From NCBI GenBank assembly GCA_002269645.1, contig NIVC01000051.1:372001-436000 (forward strand): DNA of 64,000 nt. Reading direction: 5' to 3'. How positions within the stretch are numbered: the stretch's first letter is position 1; each line of letters starts with the position of its first letter. The stretch is from Macrostomum lignano. Taxonomy: Eukaryota. Of the stretch, positions 63,301 through 64,000 are shown one piece after another. The position numbers and the translations under genes were made by a program. Below the pieces are notes generated by a model that worked only from the letters and a program-made list of their open reading frames with translations, ran no database searches and had not been told where the DNA came from.

Positions 63301-63931
63301 GTGTTCCACAATAAGGAAGGTCCATGTACCGAGCCATAGCCATGAGCAAAACTATGGGTTATTCCAATTCTCCATATTCCATAGCCATAAGGACCCCAAT
63401 ATTCCCGTAGTTCCTATAGCCATAGCCATAGTTTTAACAAAAAGTCTAGAAAACAAAATATTTTAAATCAAGGAGATAACTTGGTGCTTAAACATCTGCA
63501 AATTAAGTTAGGAAATAAAAGAAACACTTGATTGCCTTTGTAAAATTATATTTTGTCTTTTTATAGAACAACAATACTTAATCGTTACTGAAAGTACTAA
63601 TGCTAAACTTTTTCACATTAATAAAAATTAGAGTTTGCTAGTGTTTTTTATTGTACTTTATTAGGTATATTCTATAAGTTTCTAAGTTAATAATACAGTT
63701 TACTAAAGTATCTTTGCTTTACTCTACCTGTTTCTAATATTTTTTCAATTTTTTAAATTAATAACTACGGATATGGGAATCTATGGAAAGTGACAGCAAC
63801 TACTATATTTCTGTAGTTGTAGCTATAAGAGGAGCTAGCTGCTGTAGGCATATCTATAGCTGTCATAGGCACCTATTTTACTATATTTGCTATAGGATCC
63901 TATAGCCATAGCTATGGCTATGGTGGAACAC
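63301..63931. mobile_element. Possible MITE with GTGTTCCAC termini and CCATAG/CTATGG subterminal repeats
   Basis: GTGTTCCAC at 63301 and GTGGAACAC ending at 63931. Repeated CCATAGC motifs occur near both ends, with an AT-rich middle. Confidence 0.4.
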
Positions 63932-64000
63932 AACTAACAACAACTATTTCAAGGCTGCATTTAATTCAAGCATATGCAAAGCTAGAGCCTTTTGCCTAGA

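Noticed and set aside
1-64000. Hammerhead ribozyme cores at CTGATGA occurrences (e.g. 1741, 20889, 34157, 53595)
   Set aside because: I could not find matching stems and a GAAA/NUH arrangement by eye. An Infernal search would be needed to exclude them fully.

Overview
This is eukaryotic (metazoan) genomic DNA with GT-AG introns and very dense minisatellites. The repeat style suggests a flatworm such as Macrostomum, but that is inference only. Five spliced protein-coding genes were reconstructed by hand with phase-consistent splice sites: (1) a Doc2/rabphilin-like tandem-C2 gene (+, 2412-7262); (2) an unrecognised low-complexity gene (-, 22742-17521); (3) an Lhx3/4 LIM-homeobox gene (-, ~38142-28013); (4) the ASCC3 tandem-cassette helicase (-, 54907-40988); (5) RIOK1 kinase (-, 61274-56943). 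Mobile DNA comprises a young 5'-truncated RNase H-bearing LINE (LOA/R1-like) inside a (GAGGA)n array, three copies of a tRNA-headed CORE-like SINE, and several TIR/MITE-like elements. About 30 tandem arrays occupy most introns. Most long ORFs in the supplied track are repeat translations, not genes. There are no CRISPR arrays, rRNA or intact tRNA genes. I cannot demonstrate a wholly new system. The strongest leads are the possibly microsatellite-targeted LINE, a GGGCGATTCT core shared by four otherwise different minisatellites (possibly MITE-derived), a Doc2-like protein with an N-terminal Cys cluster, and intronic AGGTCA/TGACCT clusters. Coordinates were counted by hand, and repeat edges are approximate.
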